Source: Sulfurimonas sp. (lineage in GTDB: Bacteria; Campylobacterota; Campylobacteria; Campylobacterales; Sulfurimonadaceae). From it: DNA of 37,118 nt. The notes under the pieces were generated by a model, which saw only the letters and a program-made list of their open reading frames with translations, was not told where the DNA came from and did no database searches. The position numbers and the translations under genes were made by a program. The DNA lies in NCBI GenBank assembly GCA_015487435.1, contig WFPU01000038.1:1-37118 (forward strand), given 5' to 3'. The number at the start of each line of letters is the position of its first letter. The first letter of the stretch is position 1. Shown one piece after another: positions 1 to 10,116 of this stretch.

Positions 1-411
1 CTTTTATACTATCCACTTAAAAATGAGGTAGATATAAGAAAAACAATTATAAAATTGCGTAAAAACAATGAGATATTGTTACCATTTATGCAAAATGAAA
101 GTTTTAAGGTAGTACCATTTAGATTGCCGCTACGAAAAAAGAAATTTAATATATATGAAGCGGGTAATAGTTTAAGAAAAAATAATAATATTGATATAGC
201 CATAGTACCAATAGTAGGGCTTGATGGTAATTTACAAAGAATAGGGTTTGGGAAAGGGATGTATGATCGTTTTTTTGCAAAATTAAAAAAGAAACCATAC
301 ACAATTTTTATACAAATGGATCTATGTTTTACAAAAAAGTTTATATGTGACTCATACGATGTTAAGTGTGACATACTACTAAGTACGACTAAAAGGCTTG
401 TCAAAAGATAG
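1..411 (+). CDS. 5-formyltetrahydrofolate cyclo-ligase (5' truncated by window edge)
   Basis: Frame is open from base 1 (LLYYPLKNEVD...). Contains the family motif IVPIVGLD...RIGFGKGMYDRF and sits directly upstream of rny. Confidence 0.9.
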   Translation, partial: LLYYPLKNEVDIRKTIIKLRKNNEILLPFMQNESFKVVPFRLPLRKKKFNIYEAGNSLRKNNNIDIAIVPIVGLDGNLQRIGFGKGMYDRFFAKLKKKPYTIFIQMDLCFTKKFICDSYDVKCDILLSTTKRLVKR

Positions 412-419
412 GATTAAAA

Positions 420-1988
420 ATGTTAACAGAGATATTACTTGGTGGCTTTTTAGCTACAGCTGGTGGTGTCGTTGGTTTTTTTATCTCTAGAAGAATTAGT
501 AATGCTAATTTTAATATATTTGTAGATCAAGCAAAAGCAAAAGCAAATGTTATTGAACATGAAGCACAAAATATTTTAAATAAAAGTAATTTAAAAGCTC
601 AAGAGATAGAACTAAAAGCGACAAAATTATATGAAAATGCAAAATCAAAAGCTAAAATTGATATGCGTCAAAGAGAAGATGAAGTTATTCAAAAAGAGCA
701 AATTTTTAAGCGTTTTAAAAAAAATGAAGAAAAAAGAATACAAGAAGAGAGCATTGCTTTAAAAGCAAGAAAAACTGATTTAAAAAGAAATGAAAAATCA
801 CTTGAATTATTAAAACAAAAGTATAAAAATAAAATTGATGAAGCACTGCATGCTATGGAGCATAGTGCTGGCATGACAAAAGATGAAGCAAAAAAGATAT
901 TGCTTGAGAAAGTTGAAGAACAATCTCGCTCAGATATTGCTCATATTGTCCGTAAATATGAAAATGAAGCTAGAAAAACAGCTAAACAAAAAGCTAATTA
1001 TATAATAGCTCAAGCTACAAGTAAGTTTGCAGGCGAATTTGCACAAGAAAAACTTACCAGTTTAATTCATTTAGATGATGACAGTTTAAAAGGTCGTATA
1101 ATTGGTAAAGAGGGTAGAAATATAAAGTCTCTTGAGACAATACTTGGTGTTGATATCGTTATTGATGATACTCCAAATGCGATTTTAGTGAGTAGTTTTA
1201 ATCTTTATCGTCGAGCAATTGCTATTAAAACTATAAAGTTACTTATTGAAGATGGCCGTATTCAGCCTGCACGAATTGAAGAGATATTTAAAAAAGTAAA
1301 TGAAGAGTTTGAGGATTCAATATTAACAGAGGGTGAAGATTTAATTTCTGAAATGAATGTTGGAGTGATGAATCCTGAATTAGTGAAGTTAATTGGTAAA
1401 TTAAGATATCGTGCAAGTTATGGTCAAAATTCACTTGCACATACTCTTGAAGTTGCACATCTTGCTGGTGTTATGGCTGGCGAGATGGGTGGCGATGTTA
1501 AACTTGCAAAACGAGCAGGTCTTTTACACGATATTGGAAAAGCACTAACTCATGATTATGATGGTAATCATGTTGATTTAGGTGGAGAACTTTGTACGAA
1601 ATATAATGAACATCCTGTTGTAATAAATGCAATTTATGCTCATCATGGTCATGCGGAGATGGAGACTATAGAGTGTGCTGCTGTATGTGCAGCAGATGCT
1701 CTCTCAGCTGCCAGACCAGGTGCTAGAAGAGAGGTGCTCGAGAGTTTTTTAAAACGTGTAACAGAGATAGAGGAGATAGCTTCAGAGCATATTGGAGTAA
1801 AACAAGCTTATGCAATAAATGCTGGTCGTGAAGTTAGAGTTATTGTAAATGCTTTGCTTGTAAATGATGATGAGTCTATATTGTTAGCAAAAGAGATAGC
1901 AAAAGAGATAGAAGAAAAAGTTCAATACCCAGGTGAAATAAAAGTAAATGTTATTCGTGAGAGCAGAGCTACAGAGTTTGCCAAATAA
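420..1988 (+). CDS. rny: Ribonuclease Y
   Basis: N-terminal TM segment, coiled coil, KH domain (KGRIIGKEGRNI), HD domain (LLHDIGKA), C-terminal QYPGEIKVNVIRE. Confidence 0.97.
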   Translation: MLTEILLGGFLATAGGVVGFFISRRISNANFNIFVDQAKAKANVIEHEAQNILNKSNLKAQEIELKATKLYENAKSKAKIDMRQREDEVIQKEQIFKRFKKNEEKRIQEESIALKARKTDLKRNEKSLELLKQKYKNKIDEALHAMEHSAGMTKDEAKKILLEKVEEQSRSDIAHIVRKYENEARKTAKQKANYIIAQATSKFAGEFAQEKLTSLIHLDDDSLKGRIIGKEGRNIKSLETILGVDIVIDDTPNAILVSSFNLYRRAIAIKTIKLLIEDGRIQPARIEEIFKKVNEEFEDSILTEGEDLISEMNVGVMNPELVKLIGKLRYRASYGQNSLAHTLEVAHLAGVMAGEMGGDVKLAKRAGLLHDIGKALTHDYDGNHVDLGGELCTKYNEHPVVINAIYAHHGHAEMETIECAAVCAADALSAARPGARREVLESFLKRVTEIEEIASEHIGVKQAYAINAGREVRVIVNALLVNDDESILLAKEIAKEIEEKVQYPGEIKVNVIRESRATEFAK

Positions 1989-2035
1989 AGTTAATAGATT
2001 TTGGGTAGAATTTCAAAAACTATATAAGGATTATT

Positions 2036-2332
2036 ATGAGTAAGTATGATGCACTTTTTGAAGATGAAGATGATATTTTTGCAGGTACACCAGTTTCAAA
2101 ATATTGGGAAATATCAAATCAAGTAAGTGATGATTTGATGAAAGATGAATTTGATAAGTTAGTTGAGCGTTTAGTAGTTATGGAGATTTTACTATCTCAA
2201 ACTCATGATGAAAATAATTTTGATTCTATCATTAGAAATTATGCTCTTACAAACTATGAAGAGTTAGAGCAATTAAAAAAGAGTAAGTATATAGACTTAA
2301 CAACTCAACTTATATATCGAGTTCCTGAATAA
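2036..2332 (+). CDS. Small acidic conserved hypothetical protein (DUF2018-like)
   Basis: 98 aa, AAGGA SD, N-terminal EDEDDIFAGTP.SKY resembles the Campylobacterota DUF2018 family. Confidence 0.7.
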   Translation: MSKYDALFEDEDDIFAGTPVSKYWEISNQVSDDLMKDEFDKLVERLVVMEILLSQTHDENNFDSIIRNYALTNYEELEQLKKSKYIDLTTQLIYRVPE

Positions 2333-2337
2333 TAGAA

Positions 2338-2377
2338 AAAAAGAGTTTGGCTTGCTTTAAGCAGTTATTCTCTTTTT
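2338..2377. terminator. Probable bidirectional intrinsic terminator
   Basis: Imperfect hairpin AAAAAGAG...TGC-TTTAA-GCA...CTCTTTTT between convergent genes. Confidence 0.5.
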
Positions 2378-2383
2378 ATAATT

Positions 2384-2492
2384 GGGCTCTCTGAACAATT
2401 AGCTATTAGATTCTGGATCAAGTCCAGAATGACGAAACAATCGTCATTCCAAGCTTGACTTGGAATCTAACTTATAATTAATCAGAGGTCTC
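2384..2492. mobile_element. Putative MITE (109 bp) containing an inverted pair of palindromic repeat units
   Basis: Imperfect terminal inverted repeats: left GGGCTCTCTGAACAATTAG, right (reverse complement) GAGACCTCTGATTAATTAT. AATT flanks both sides (2380-2383, 2493-2496). Repeat units at 2407-2434 and 2442-2469. Confidence 0.55.
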
Positions 2493-2494
2493 AA

Positions 2495-3388
2495 TTAGTA
2501 TCTATCTTCATCCTCATTTATCTCTGAATCATCATAAGGATCCATATGAATTATAATATGGGTTTTTTTATCATCAAATAATTTTTTCATAGCATCTTCT
2601 AGTTTATCTGAAACTAAGTGCGCATCATATAAAGATATGCTTATATTAAATACAGCATGTACACTTATAAATATATGTGAACCAGATTTTCTAGTTTGCA
2701 AAAAGTGATAATCTGTAATTCCATTCTCATTTTTTAAAATATTTTCTATTTTTATAATATCTTCTTCTGGAAGTGCAACATCTAAAAGCATTAACACCCC
2801 CTCTTTTATGATTGGAAATGATGAGTAAATCATATAAATAGCGATAGCAACACCCAATATTGAATCTATTAGTTGTTCACCTGTAAAGTATATAAGAGTA
2901 AGTGCAACAAGTACAGCTCCGTTTGAAAATAGATCTGTTTTATAGTGAAGAGCATCTGCTTTAATAACCATGTTGTTGGTTTTTTTAGCTACACTATTTA
3001 GGTACATTACTAAAAGTGCTGTGATTACTATGGAGACTAGCATGACCCAAATAGATTCAGACATATATGCCATTTCACGAGGATGAAAGATTTTTATGAG
3101 AGCTTCATATAAAATAAATAATGCTGATAGAGATATAACAGTACCCTCCATTACAGCTGCTAGAGGCTCCATCTTTCCTCTTCCAAAATTAAAGCTTTTA
3201 TCTGCTGCTTTTTCTGATGTATTTAGGGCAAAGTAGTTAAACATTGATACAATTAAATCTAACAAACTATCAATTGCAGATGCTAAAACAGCGATAGAAC
3301 CACTAAGTACCCCAACTGTCATTTTTATTACAACAAGCAATGCGGCAACGCTAGTTGAAACAACAGTAGCTTTTTTTTCTAATCTCAA
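2495..3388 (-). CDS. Cation diffusion facilitator (FieF/YiiP-like) metal efflux transporter
   Basis: Multiple hydrophobic segments, SIAVLASAIDSLLD, FGRGKMEPLA, ADALHYKTD and C-terminal IIIHMDP motifs. TTG start. Confidence 0.93.
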   Translation of the reverse strand: MRLEKKATVVSTSVAALLVVIKMTVGVLSGSIAVLASAIDSLLDLIVSMFNYFALNTSEKAADKSFNFGRGKMEPLAAVMEGTVISLSALFILYEALIKIFHPREMAYMSESIWVMLVSIVITALLVMYLNSVAKKTNNMVIKADALHYKTDLFSNGAVLVALTLIYFTGEQLIDSILGVAIAIYMIYSSFPIIKEGVLMLLDVALPEEDIIKIENILKNENGITDYHFLQTRKSGSHIFISVHAVFNISISLYDAHLVSDKLEDAMKKLFDDKKTHIIIHMDPYDDSEINEDEDRY

Positions 3389-3463
3389 TATTAGTCCTCT
3401 TTATAAAATAAGTAAACTCTTTTAGGTACAATTATATTAAAATTTAGATATAAAAAGCATAAA

Positions 3464-4351
3464 ATGAACTTAGAACAATTAAGAATAGATAGACAAAAGT
3501 GGATGACATGGAAAAATATTAAACCACTTCGTGATGCACTAGATAGTTTAGAAGATGGCTCTTGGGATGTAAAAATAAGCGATACAATTACCATCAATGG
3601 AGATAAGCCAAAAAATATTTTAGAGATAGCTAAATTACTGATGCCTTGGAGAAAAGGTCCTTTTGAATTTTTTGATATATTTATAGACACAGAATGGCAA
3701 AGTAATATAAAATATAATCTAATTCGTAAACATTTTAATTTAAAAGATAAAAGAGTTGCCGATATAGGTTGTAACAATGGATACTATATGTTTCGTATGC
3801 TTGAAGATAATCCAGCATCAATAGTTGGTTTTGATCCATCTCCAGTTTATAAAACACAATTTGATTTTATAAACCATTTTGTAAAGAGTGACATAGTTTA
3901 TGAACTTTTAGGAGTTGAGCATATTGAATTTTATGAAGAAAGATTTGACACTATATTTTGTTTAGGTGTGCTTTATCATAGAAGTGATCCTGTTGCAATG
4001 TTAAAACAACTTTTTAAGGGGCTTGATAAAAAAGGTGAAGTTATTTTAGACACTTTTTATATAGATGCAGAAGGGGAGATGGCACTATGTCCTGAATCTT
4101 CTTACTCAAAAATACCAAATATATATTTTATACCTACAATAAAAGCTTTAAAAAACTGGTGTTTACGTGCTGGATTTGAGTCTTTTGAAGTATTAGAGAC
4201 TTCAAAAACTGACTCAAATGAGCAAAGAAAAACTTCTTGGATAGAAGGGCAGTCATTGAAAGATTTTTTAGATCCAGAAGATGATACTAAAACAGTAGAG
4301 GGTTACCCAGCTCCACAAAGAGTCTATGTAAAATTAATAAAGGATAGATAA
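3464..4351 (+). CDS. cmoB: tRNA U34 carboxymethyltransferase CmoB
   Basis: [42 protein letters not shown] motifs. Confidence 0.95.
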   Translation: MNLEQLRIDRQKWMTWKNIKPLRDALDSLEDGSWDVKISDTITINGDKPKNILEIAKLLMPWRKGPFEFFDIFIDTEWQSNIKYNLIRKHFNLKDKRVADIGCNNGYYMFRMLEDNPASIVGFDPSPVYKTQFDFINHFVKSDIVYELLGVEHIEFYEERFDTIFCLGVLYHRSDPVAMLKQLFKGLDKKGEVILDTFYIDAEGEMALCPESSYSKIPNIYFIPTIKALKNWCLRAGFESFEVLETSKTDSNEQRKTSWIEGQSLKDFLDPEDDTKTVEGYPAPQRVYVKLIKDR

Positions 4352-4860
4352 TGGCGCAAGAGAATGAAAATGAAAATCAAGAAAAAGAAAAAGAAGAAGA
4401 TTTTGATTTAGAGCTTAATGAATATCTTATAAAAGAGCAAGAGGTTATTTTACAAACTCATGGTAAAATAAATAGTGATTATAGTGGTAAAATTACAAAT
4501 CAAGAAAAAGGTCGTGTAGAATTAACATTAGAGACAATTTCAGAAATGCTTGCTGATGAGATGGGATTAATTCACAGTGGGTTTATTTTTGGAGCTGCTG
4601 ATTATGCTGCTATGGCTGCTGTTAATGAGAGAAATGTGGTGCTTGTAGCTAGCGATTCTCAGTTTTTGTCACCAGTTAAACTAGGTGATCATGTTAATTT
4701 TATAGCTACTGTTAGACATAAAGAGGGTCGAAAAAGAAATGTAAATGTTATTGGTAATGTTTTAGATATTAAAGTGTTTGAGGGGGTGTTTAAAACAGTA
4801 ATTACAGAGAGGCATGTTTTAAAACTTAAACTTCTCTCAGATGAAGATGAAGAGAGATAG
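4351..4860 (+). CDS. Hotdog-fold (PaaI-like) thioesterase
   Basis: GLIHSGFIFGAADYAAMAA and FLSPVKLGD motifs. TAATG overlap with the cmoB stop. Confidence 0.85.
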   Translation: MAQENENENQEKEKEEDFDLELNEYLIKEQEVILQTHGKINSDYSGKITNQEKGRVELTLETISEMLADEMGLIHSGFIFGAADYAAMAAVNERNVVLVASDSQFLSPVKLGDHVNFIATVRHKEGRKRNVNVIGNVLDIKVFEGVFKTVITERHVLKLKLLSDEDEER

Positions 4861-4868
4861 ATAAGCCC

Positions 4869-5462
4869 TTATAAATTTTGTATCCAGTAATCAGAATATT
4901 GTTGTTCCTCTTTAATGCTAGTTGGATTTCCATGCCCAGGATACACTACCATATCAAAATCAAGCTTTTTAAATCTTTGAAGACTTTTTTTCATGTCAGC
5001 TGGGTTTGAATATGGCAAATCACATCGTCCAATTGATTTGTTAAATATAAAATCACCACTAAACATAACTCCAGCAATCTCTATCATAGAACATCCTGGA
5101 CAATGTCCACTAAAGTGATGAAATTTAACTTTTACACCATCAAAATCAAATTCTTGATTTGGTTTTACTAATACATCTGGAGTTGATGGTGGAAGATCTG
5201 GCATCCATTCATTTTTTTTTAAAAGCATCACATCATCTTGTGGAGTGTAAAGTGGTATATATAATTTTTTTTGCAGTTCATCATTTGACCAAACATGATC
5301 AAAATGCCCATGTGTATTTAAAATAGCTACTGGATTTGTAGTGTTTTGTATAACCCATTCAGTTGCACCAATTCCTGGATCAATTATAAAATCTTTACCA
5401 TCTACACTTATTATGTAACAATTTGTTTGATAATCACCCATAGGTTTTGTTTTAATATTCAT
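4869..5462 (-). CDS. MBL-fold metallo-hydrolase (glyoxalase II-like)
   Basis: THGHFDH, GHCPG, FSGDFIF, YPGHG motifs. Start moved to ATG 5462 because of the GAGGT SD. Confidence 0.92.
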   Translation of the reverse strand: MNIKTKPMGDYQTNCYIISVDGKDFIIDPGIGATEWVIQNTTNPVAILNTHGHFDHVWSNDELQKKLYIPLYTPQDDVMLLKKNEWMPDLPPSTPDVLVKPNQEFDFDGVKVKFHHFSGHCPGCSMIEIAGVMFSGDFIFNKSIGRCDLPYSNPADMKKSLQRFKKLDFDMVVYPGHGNPTSIKEEQQYSDYWIQNL

Positions 5463-5530
5463 ATCTACCTCTCTTTGAATCAAATTGTATCGAAGATATA
5501 TAAATATGTAGAAAAATTACAGATTTTAAA

Positions 5531-5570
5531 TTTTATTTTATTTTATTAATTTAGATATTTTAGATATAAT
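5531..5570 (+). promoter_or_regulatory. Probable sigma70 promoter of the nadE operon
   Basis: GATATAAT (TATAAT at 5565-5570) preceded by periodic T-tracts, typical of Campylobacterota promoters. Confidence 0.55.
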
Positions 5571-5596
5571 AATCCAAATAATTTTAAGGGTTGGTA

Positions 5597-6403
5597 TTGA
5601 GTAAATATAGTCAAATCACAAAATTTTTACACTATTTTTTAGAAAATGAAGTTAACAAAACTGGTTTTGAAAATGTAGTGATTGGATTAAGTGGTGGTTT
5701 GGACTCGGCTGTTGTTGCTGTTTTAGCTCAAGAAGTATTTAAAGATAAACTACTTTGTGTGAAAATGCCATCTAATTATTCATCGCAAAGTTCACTAGAT
5801 GATGCAGATGAGTTATGTTGCGATTTTAACTTAAGATCTGAAATTGCATCAATTGAATCTATGTTAAAAGCATACGAAAAAATAAATCCAAATATGGATA
5901 ATTTAAGAAAAGGTAATTTCTCATCTCGTATGCGCATGGCTACTCTTTTTGATATATCAGCAAGAGAGAATGCACTGGTTTTAGGGACTAGTAACAAAAG
6001 TGAGCTGATGTTGGGTTATGGGACACTCTATGGCGATTTAGCAAGTGCAGTTAATCCTATTGGTGATCTATATAAGAGTGAGGTATATGATTTGGCAAAA
6101 TATTTAGGTGTTTCAAAAAGCATCATATCTAAAGCACCATCAGCGGATCTATGGGATGGTCAAAGTGATGAAGATGATTTAGGTTATACTTATGAGCAGT
6201 TAGATGAAGCTATGAAGTTATATGTAGAAGATAGACTCACTAAAGAAGAGATTATTGAATCTGGTGTTGATAGAGATATGCTAGAGATGATTATAGATAG
6301 AATATTTCGTAATCATTTTAAAAGAAAGATGCCAGTAATTGCAAAATTAACATCACGAACTATAAATCATGATTTTAATTATCCAAGAGATATTAGACTT
6401 TAA
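5597..6403 (+). CDS. nadE: NH3-dependent NAD+ synthetase
   Basis: GLSGGLDSAV, GTSNKSE, GYGTLYGD, APSADLW motifs. TTG start at 5597 fits the AAGGG SD (alternative start 5591). Confidence 0.96.
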   Translation: MSKYSQITKFLHYFLENEVNKTGFENVVIGLSGGLDSAVVAVLAQEVFKDKLLCVKMPSNYSSQSSLDDADELCCDFNLRSEIASIESMLKAYEKINPNMDNLRKGNFSSRMRMATLFDISARENALVLGTSNKSELMLGYGTLYGDLASAVNPIGDLYKSEVYDLAKYLGVSKSIISKAPSADLWDGQSDEDDLGYTYEQLDEAMKLYVEDRLTKEEIIESGVDRDMLEMIIDRIFRNHFKRKMPVIAKLTSRTINHDFNYPRDIRL

Positions 6404-6412
6404 AGGAAAAAA

Positions 6413-7534
6413 ATGAAAGTACCATTTTACAGATATGAAAATACAGTTGATGAGCATTCAAGCGTTAGTGATGTATTAGATGGTGACAATATTGACCAAG
6501 TTGAATTACTAGAAGGAGAGTTTTGTGAATATATTGGTGCTGACTACTCTATAGCTACCTCTCATGGTACATCTGCACTTCATTTAGCAATGCTAGCATT
6601 AGATTTAAAACGTGGAGATAAAGTTGTTTGTTCTGTAAACTCACATCCTAATGTTCCCGAAGTTATCAGACATTTTGATGCTGAGCCCGTTTTTATAGAT
6701 ATAGAGGAAAATTATTATAATATTAATCTTGATAAAGTAGAAAAATATTTACAAGAAAATAAATCAAAAAAATTAAAAGCTGTATTAGTTACTCATATCG
6801 CTGGTATCACAATTGATTTAGATAGACTTTATGATATGGGTGTGTCGTATGGCGTAAGAATTGTTGAAGATGCTTGTGACGCTTTAGGTTCTACATATAA
6901 TGGTAAAAAAATTGGCTCAACAGGAGCATGTATTACATGTTTTAATTTTTCTTCACATCTAAGAGAGAGTATTTGTAATGGTGGTATGTTAGTTACAAAT
7001 GATGAAAAAATTATGGAGCGTGCTAGATTGTTAAATAATCATGCAATGGTAAAAAAAGAAGATGCATTAGAATATATTTATGATGTGATTGATATTGGAA
7101 ATGATTATTCTATGAGTCAGCTTGATGCTGCATATATTCGTGCACAGGTAAAAAAACAAGATAAAAATATAATAAGACAACAAGAGATAGCAAAAATCTA
7201 TACAGACTCTCTTAAAGTCACTGCTCATATAACATTACCAGCATTAGACGGCGTAGAATCTCCAGATACATTGTACATCATTAAGATTGATAAAAACCGA
7301 GATTCATTTGCATTAGAGTTAAAAAATATTGGTGTTTGTACTGGGGTTCATTTTATTCCATTACATCTTATAACCTACTATAAAGCTAAATATGCGTTAA
7401 AAGTAAATGCATTCCCTGTTGCTCTTCGCGCATTTCAACAGGTATTATCACTCCCAATCTATGCAAGTATGACTGATAAAGAGATAAAATATGTAATTGA
7501 GTGTGTTAAAGAAGTAGCCAAAACTAGAGTATAA
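6413..7534 (+). CDS. DegT/DnrJ/EryC1/StrS aminotransferase-family protein lacking the catalytic lysine
   Basis: GTSALHLA, IVEDAC, GGMLVTND, LSLPIY motifs. The PLP-lysine loop reads FNFSSHLRESICNGG, with no K. Confidence 0.88.
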   Translation: MKVPFYRYENTVDEHSSVSDVLDGDNIDQVELLEGEFCEYIGADYSIATSHGTSALHLAMLALDLKRGDKVVCSVNSHPNVPEVIRHFDAEPVFIDIEENYYNINLDKVEKYLQENKSKKLKAVLVTHIAGITIDLDRLYDMGVSYGVRIVEDACDALGSTYNGKKIGSTGACITCFNFSSHLRESICNGGMLVTNDEKIMERARLLNNHAMVKKEDALEYIYDVIDIGNDYSMSQLDAAYIRAQVKKQDKNIIRQQEIAKIYTDSLKVTAHITLPALDGVESPDTLYIIKIDKNRDSFALELKNIGVCTGVHFIPLHLITYYKAKYALKVNAFPVALRAFQQVLSLPIYASMTDKEIKYVIECVKEVAKTRV

Positions 7535-8446
7535 GTGAAAAGCTCTTTCGTATTTTGGATTGAAGGATATCTCTACAATCCAAATCTCTTTCAAAAATTA
7601 TTATCATTTTTATTATTGCCACTTAGTTGGATATATTGTTTTAGTATGTGGATTAGATTTAAAACAAAAACGCAAGAAGATTTTGGTGTAGATATAGTTA
7701 GTGTTGGAAATCTTAATGTTGGTGGCAGTGGTAAAACTCCATTGGTAACTGCTCTATCTTTAAAGTATAAAAATGTAGCAATTATACTTCGTGGATATGG
7801 ACGAAAATCACGAGGTTTATATCTAATTAGTGATGGTAAAAATATATTGCAAGATGTAGATATTAGTGGTGATGAAGCTATGATTTATGCAACAAAAGTT
7901 CCACATGCTAAAGTTATAGTAAGTGAAGATAGAAAAAAAGCGATACTTAAAGCAAAAGAGTTAGGTGTAGATATCATTTTTATGGATGATGCTTATTCTA
8001 AGCATGATATAAAAAAACTTGACTTGCTTATAGATGTACAAATATCAAATAATAGATGTTTACCCTCAGGTGCTTTTCGTGAAAGACTTTGGAGTTCTAA
8101 AGAGGTAGTTATATTAAAAGATGGTGTAGATTTTAAGCGAAAAACATCTCTTAAAGATAGATGTGATAAGATGTCACTAATAACAGCAATAGCCCGACCA
8201 CAACGGTTAGATGAATTCTTGCCAGATGTAGTTAGTAAAAATTATTTCCAAGACCATCACAATTTTACCAAAAGTGAAGTTCAAGATATTTTAACTCATG
8301 ATGGAAGTAATAGTGCTTTAGTTACATACAAAGATTATGTAAAATTAGAAAAATTTGACCTTCCATTGTCTCTTTTAGATTTAGAGGTTGAGGTTGATAA
8401 TAAAATATTTAAAATTATAGAGGATTACCGTGCAAAAAAAGATTGA
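7535..8446 (+). CDS. lpxK: Tetraacyldisaccharide 4'-kinase
   Basis: SVGNLNVGGSGKTP, LRGYG, GDEA, MDDA, LPSGAFRE, FQDHH motifs. GTG start. Confidence 0.95.
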   Translation: MKSSFVFWIEGYLYNPNLFQKLLSFLLLPLSWIYCFSMWIRFKTKTQEDFGVDIVSVGNLNVGGSGKTPLVTALSLKYKNVAIILRGYGRKSRGLYLISDGKNILQDVDISGDEAMIYATKVPHAKVIVSEDRKKAILKAKELGVDIIFMDDAYSKHDIKKLDLLIDVQISNNRCLPSGAFRERLWSSKEVVILKDGVDFKRKTSLKDRCDKMSLITAIARPQRLDEFLPDVVSKNYFQDHHNFTKSEVQDILTHDGSNSALVTYKDYVKLEKFDLPLSLLDLEVEVDNKIFKIIEDYRAKKD

Positions 8447-9281
8447 AACAGTAAAAACACTACTTGATGCCCTTCCATTTATCAAAGAATTTAACAAAGA
8501 GATTGTAGTTATAAAATACGGTGGATCAGCACAAACTTCGCCACAACTAAAGGAAAAATTTGCAGAAGATATTTTACTTATGTACCTAGTTGGAATTAAG
8601 CCAGTTATCGTGCATGGTGGCGGTAAAAAGATTACTGAGATGTTAGATGCTCTAAATATTGAAACATCATTTATAGATGGTCAACGTGTAACTACTAAAG
8701 AGGTTATGAATATAGCTGAGATGATTTTAAGTGGAGGAATAAATAAAGAGATAGTGTCACTTTTAAATTCACATGGTGCTAAAGCTATAGGTGTAAGTGG
8801 TAAAGATGCACATTTTATATCCGCTGAAGCTAAAAACTTTAGCAAATGGGGTTTAACCGGAAATATTACTGAGGTAAAAGAAGATGTTATTGCAAATCTA
8901 ATTTATGAAAAATTTGTACCAGTGATTGCACCAATTGCAGCTGGCAAAGAGATGGGTCATCCAGGATTTAATATAAATGCAGATTTGTGTGCATCTCAAG
9001 TCGCAAAAGCGATAGGAGCCAATAAGATAATCTTTTTAACAGATACCCCCGGTGTATTAAACAGTGATAAAGAATTATTAGCAACTCTTACTAAGGCTGA
9101 AGTAGAAGCTTTAAAAGAGGATGGAACAATTCACGGTGGAATGGTTCCAAAAGTTGACGCTTGTCTTGAAGCAATAGATGGTGGAGTAGCAAAAGCGCAT
9201 ATAATTGATGGAAGATTAGAGCATTCAATGTTGCTAGAACTATTTACATCAGAGGGTGTAGGAACTCAAATAATTAAATAA
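8430..9281 (+). CDS. argB: Acetylglutamate kinase
   Basis: IKYGGSA, VHGGG, NINAD, GGMVPKV, IIDGRLEHS motifs. Confidence 0.97.
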   Translation: MQKKIETVKTLLDALPFIKEFNKEIVVIKYGGSAQTSPQLKEKFAEDILLMYLVGIKPVIVHGGGKKITEMLDALNIETSFIDGQRVTTKEVMNIAEMILSGGINKEIVSLLNSHGAKAIGVSGKDAHFISAEAKNFSKWGLTGNITEVKEDVIANLIYEKFVPVIAPIAAGKEMGHPGFNINADLCASQVAKAIGANKIIFLTDTPGVLNSDKELLATLTKAEVEALKEDGTIHGGMVPKVDACLEAIDGGVAKAHIIDGRLEHSMLLELFTSEGVGTQIIK

Positions 9282-9285
9282 TAAT

Positions 9286-10113
9286 TTGAAAAGTAATATT
9301 GTAAAAGATATCTTAGCTGATATAACTAAGATTTTAAATCCACATATCCCAAGAGCCCCAAGAGAGGCTCAACTTCTTTTAATGAATTTTCTTAAAGTAG
9401 ATGAACTTTGGCTTTTAACAAACCAAAATATTGAGATACAAAATACTCAAGAACTATATAAAATGACAGAGCGTCGCTCAAAAAATGAACCACTAGAATA
9501 TATAACAAATAGTGTAAGTTTTTATAGTGAAGAGTTTTACATTGCAAATGGTGCTTTAATTCCTCGTCCTGAAACTGAAATTTTAATAGATGAAGTGATA
9601 AAAAATATACCAAAAAAAAATACTAAACTAACAATTGCTGAAGTTGGTGTTGGTAGTGGAATAATATCAATTATGTTAGCACTTAAATTTCCAAATGCAA
9701 AAATAATTGCTGTAGATATTTCACAAGATGCTATTGAAATTGCTAAAATAAATATTAAAAAGTTTGGTTTACAAGAGAGAATAGAGCTACGCTTAGGATC
9801 ACTTTTAGAACCAATAGATGAGTCAATAGATTATTTAGTTTCAAACCCTCCATATATTGAATATGGTGCAAAATTAGAATCAAACTTAGATTATGAACCG
9901 CAAAATGCACTATTTGGCGGAGAGATTGGTGATGAGATAATAAAAGAGTTGCTTGATGAAGTCTTAAATAGAAAGATTAAGTTTTTTTCCTGTGAGATAG
10001 GTTATGATCAAAAGGATAGAATTGCGTTGTATTTAAAAGATACAAAAATTAAAAGCTTAAAGTTCTATAAAGATTTAGCAAATTTTGATAGAGGCTTTAC
10101 ACTAAGGTTATAA
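9286..10113 (+). CDS. prmC: Release factor glutamine methyltransferase
   Basis: EPLEYI, LIPRPETE, EVGVGSG, VSNPPYI motifs. Confidence 0.95.
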   Translation: MKSNIVKDILADITKILNPHIPRAPREAQLLLMNFLKVDELWLLTNQNIEIQNTQELYKMTERRSKNEPLEYITNSVSFYSEEFYIANGALIPRPETEILIDEVIKNIPKKNTKLTIAEVGVGSGIISIMLALKFPNAKIIAVDISQDAIEIAKINIKKFGLQERIELRLGSLLEPIDESIDYLVSNPPYIEYGAKLESNLDYEPQNALFGGEIGDEIIKELLDEVLNRKIKFFSCEIGYDQKDRIALYLKDTKIKSLKFYKDLANFDRGFTLRL

Positions 10114-10116
10114 TAT

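Noticed and set aside
1885-1910. 12-bp tandem duplication in rny, and Lys/Val/Glu repeats in the SPOR linker
   Set aside because: Explained by ordinary coding sequence (AKEIAKEI, low-complexity linker).
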